From the sequence record SRR31156797_9688: 27,383 nt of DNA. The stretch is one strand, 5' to 3'. Shown in pieces: positions 26,935 through 27,383 of the stretch (within the stretch, counting starts at the first letter, position 1; every line of letters starts with the position of its first letter). A model generated the notes under the pieces. The model made no database searches, was not told the DNA's origin, and was given only the letters and a program-made list of their open reading frames with translations. A program made the translations under genes and the position numbers.

Positions 26935-27383
26935 ATGAGTCAAGCAAAAGCAATAATTCGTATCAACGAACTACGCGAACAATTACATACACACAATCAC
27001 AATTATTACGTTCTTTCGCAACCAACCATTAGCGATTTCGATTTTGACATGCTCTTAAATGAGCTTATTGAACTAGAAAAACAATACCCACAATTTATTG
27101 ATCCAAATTCACCTACTCAAAGAGTAGGTAGTGATATCAATCTGGAATTTAACCAGGTTGAGCATAGATATCCGATGCTTTCTTTAGGCAACACCTATTC
27201 CGAAGATGAGATTCGTGATTTTGAAACAAGAATAAAGAAATTAATCGATGAAAAAGTTCAATATGTTTGCGAATTAAAATACGATGGTACGTCAATATCA
27301 CTTACATATAAGAATGGTAAGCTGGTTCAAGCTGTTACACGAGGCGATGGTGTAAAAGGTGATGATGTTACCGCAAATGTAAA
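26935..27383 (+). CDS. ligA: NAD-dependent DNA ligase (5' part; runs off the right edge)
   Basis: Not in the ORF track; translated by hand: [38 protein letters not shown]...SPTQRVG...[10 protein letters not shown]...CELKYDG...[14 protein letters not shown]. Contains the adenylation KxDG motif. Confidence 0.98.
   Translation, partial: MSQAKAIIRINELREQLHTHNHNYYVLSQPTISDFDFDMLLNELIELEKQYPQFIDPNSPTQRVGSDINLEFNQVEHRYPMLSLGNTYSEDEIRDFETRIKKLIDEKVQYVCELKYDGTSISLTYKNGKLVQAVTRGDGVKGDDVTANV

Overview
AT-rich Bacteroidota chromosomal window. Support for the phylum: a T9SS cargo protein, TAnnTTTG -7 promoter elements and an NAD-dependent ligA; a marine Marinilabiliales/Marinifilaceae-like host is only an inference. 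From left to right: the 5' part of a GH92 alpha-mannosidase (-); a + strand run of PD40 beta-propeller lipoprotein, YbjT-like SDR/DUF2867, VOC glyoxalase, NUDIX and ASCH genes; then a long - strand block. That block holds a lactonase, a T9SS-secreted heparinase II/III-like lyase, a MATE pump, a cupin, two AlkD-like HEAT-repeat proteins, two giant uncharacterised proteins (1386 aa and about 1554 aa), an outer-membrane beta-barrel/TonB-type receptor and a LiaF-like x2/LytS/LytTR regulatory operon. The window ends with the 5' part of ligA (+). The best candidate for an undescribed system is the 8.8-kb giant-protein pair. Protein A has a twin-arginine signal, an acidic coiled coil and a glycine-rich amphipathic beta-strand C-terminus. 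Protein B has no signal peptide and looks beta-sandwich rich. Both are tightly packed upstream of the two AlkD-like genes and the cupin. I saw no rRNA, tRNA, CRISPR array or mobile element.
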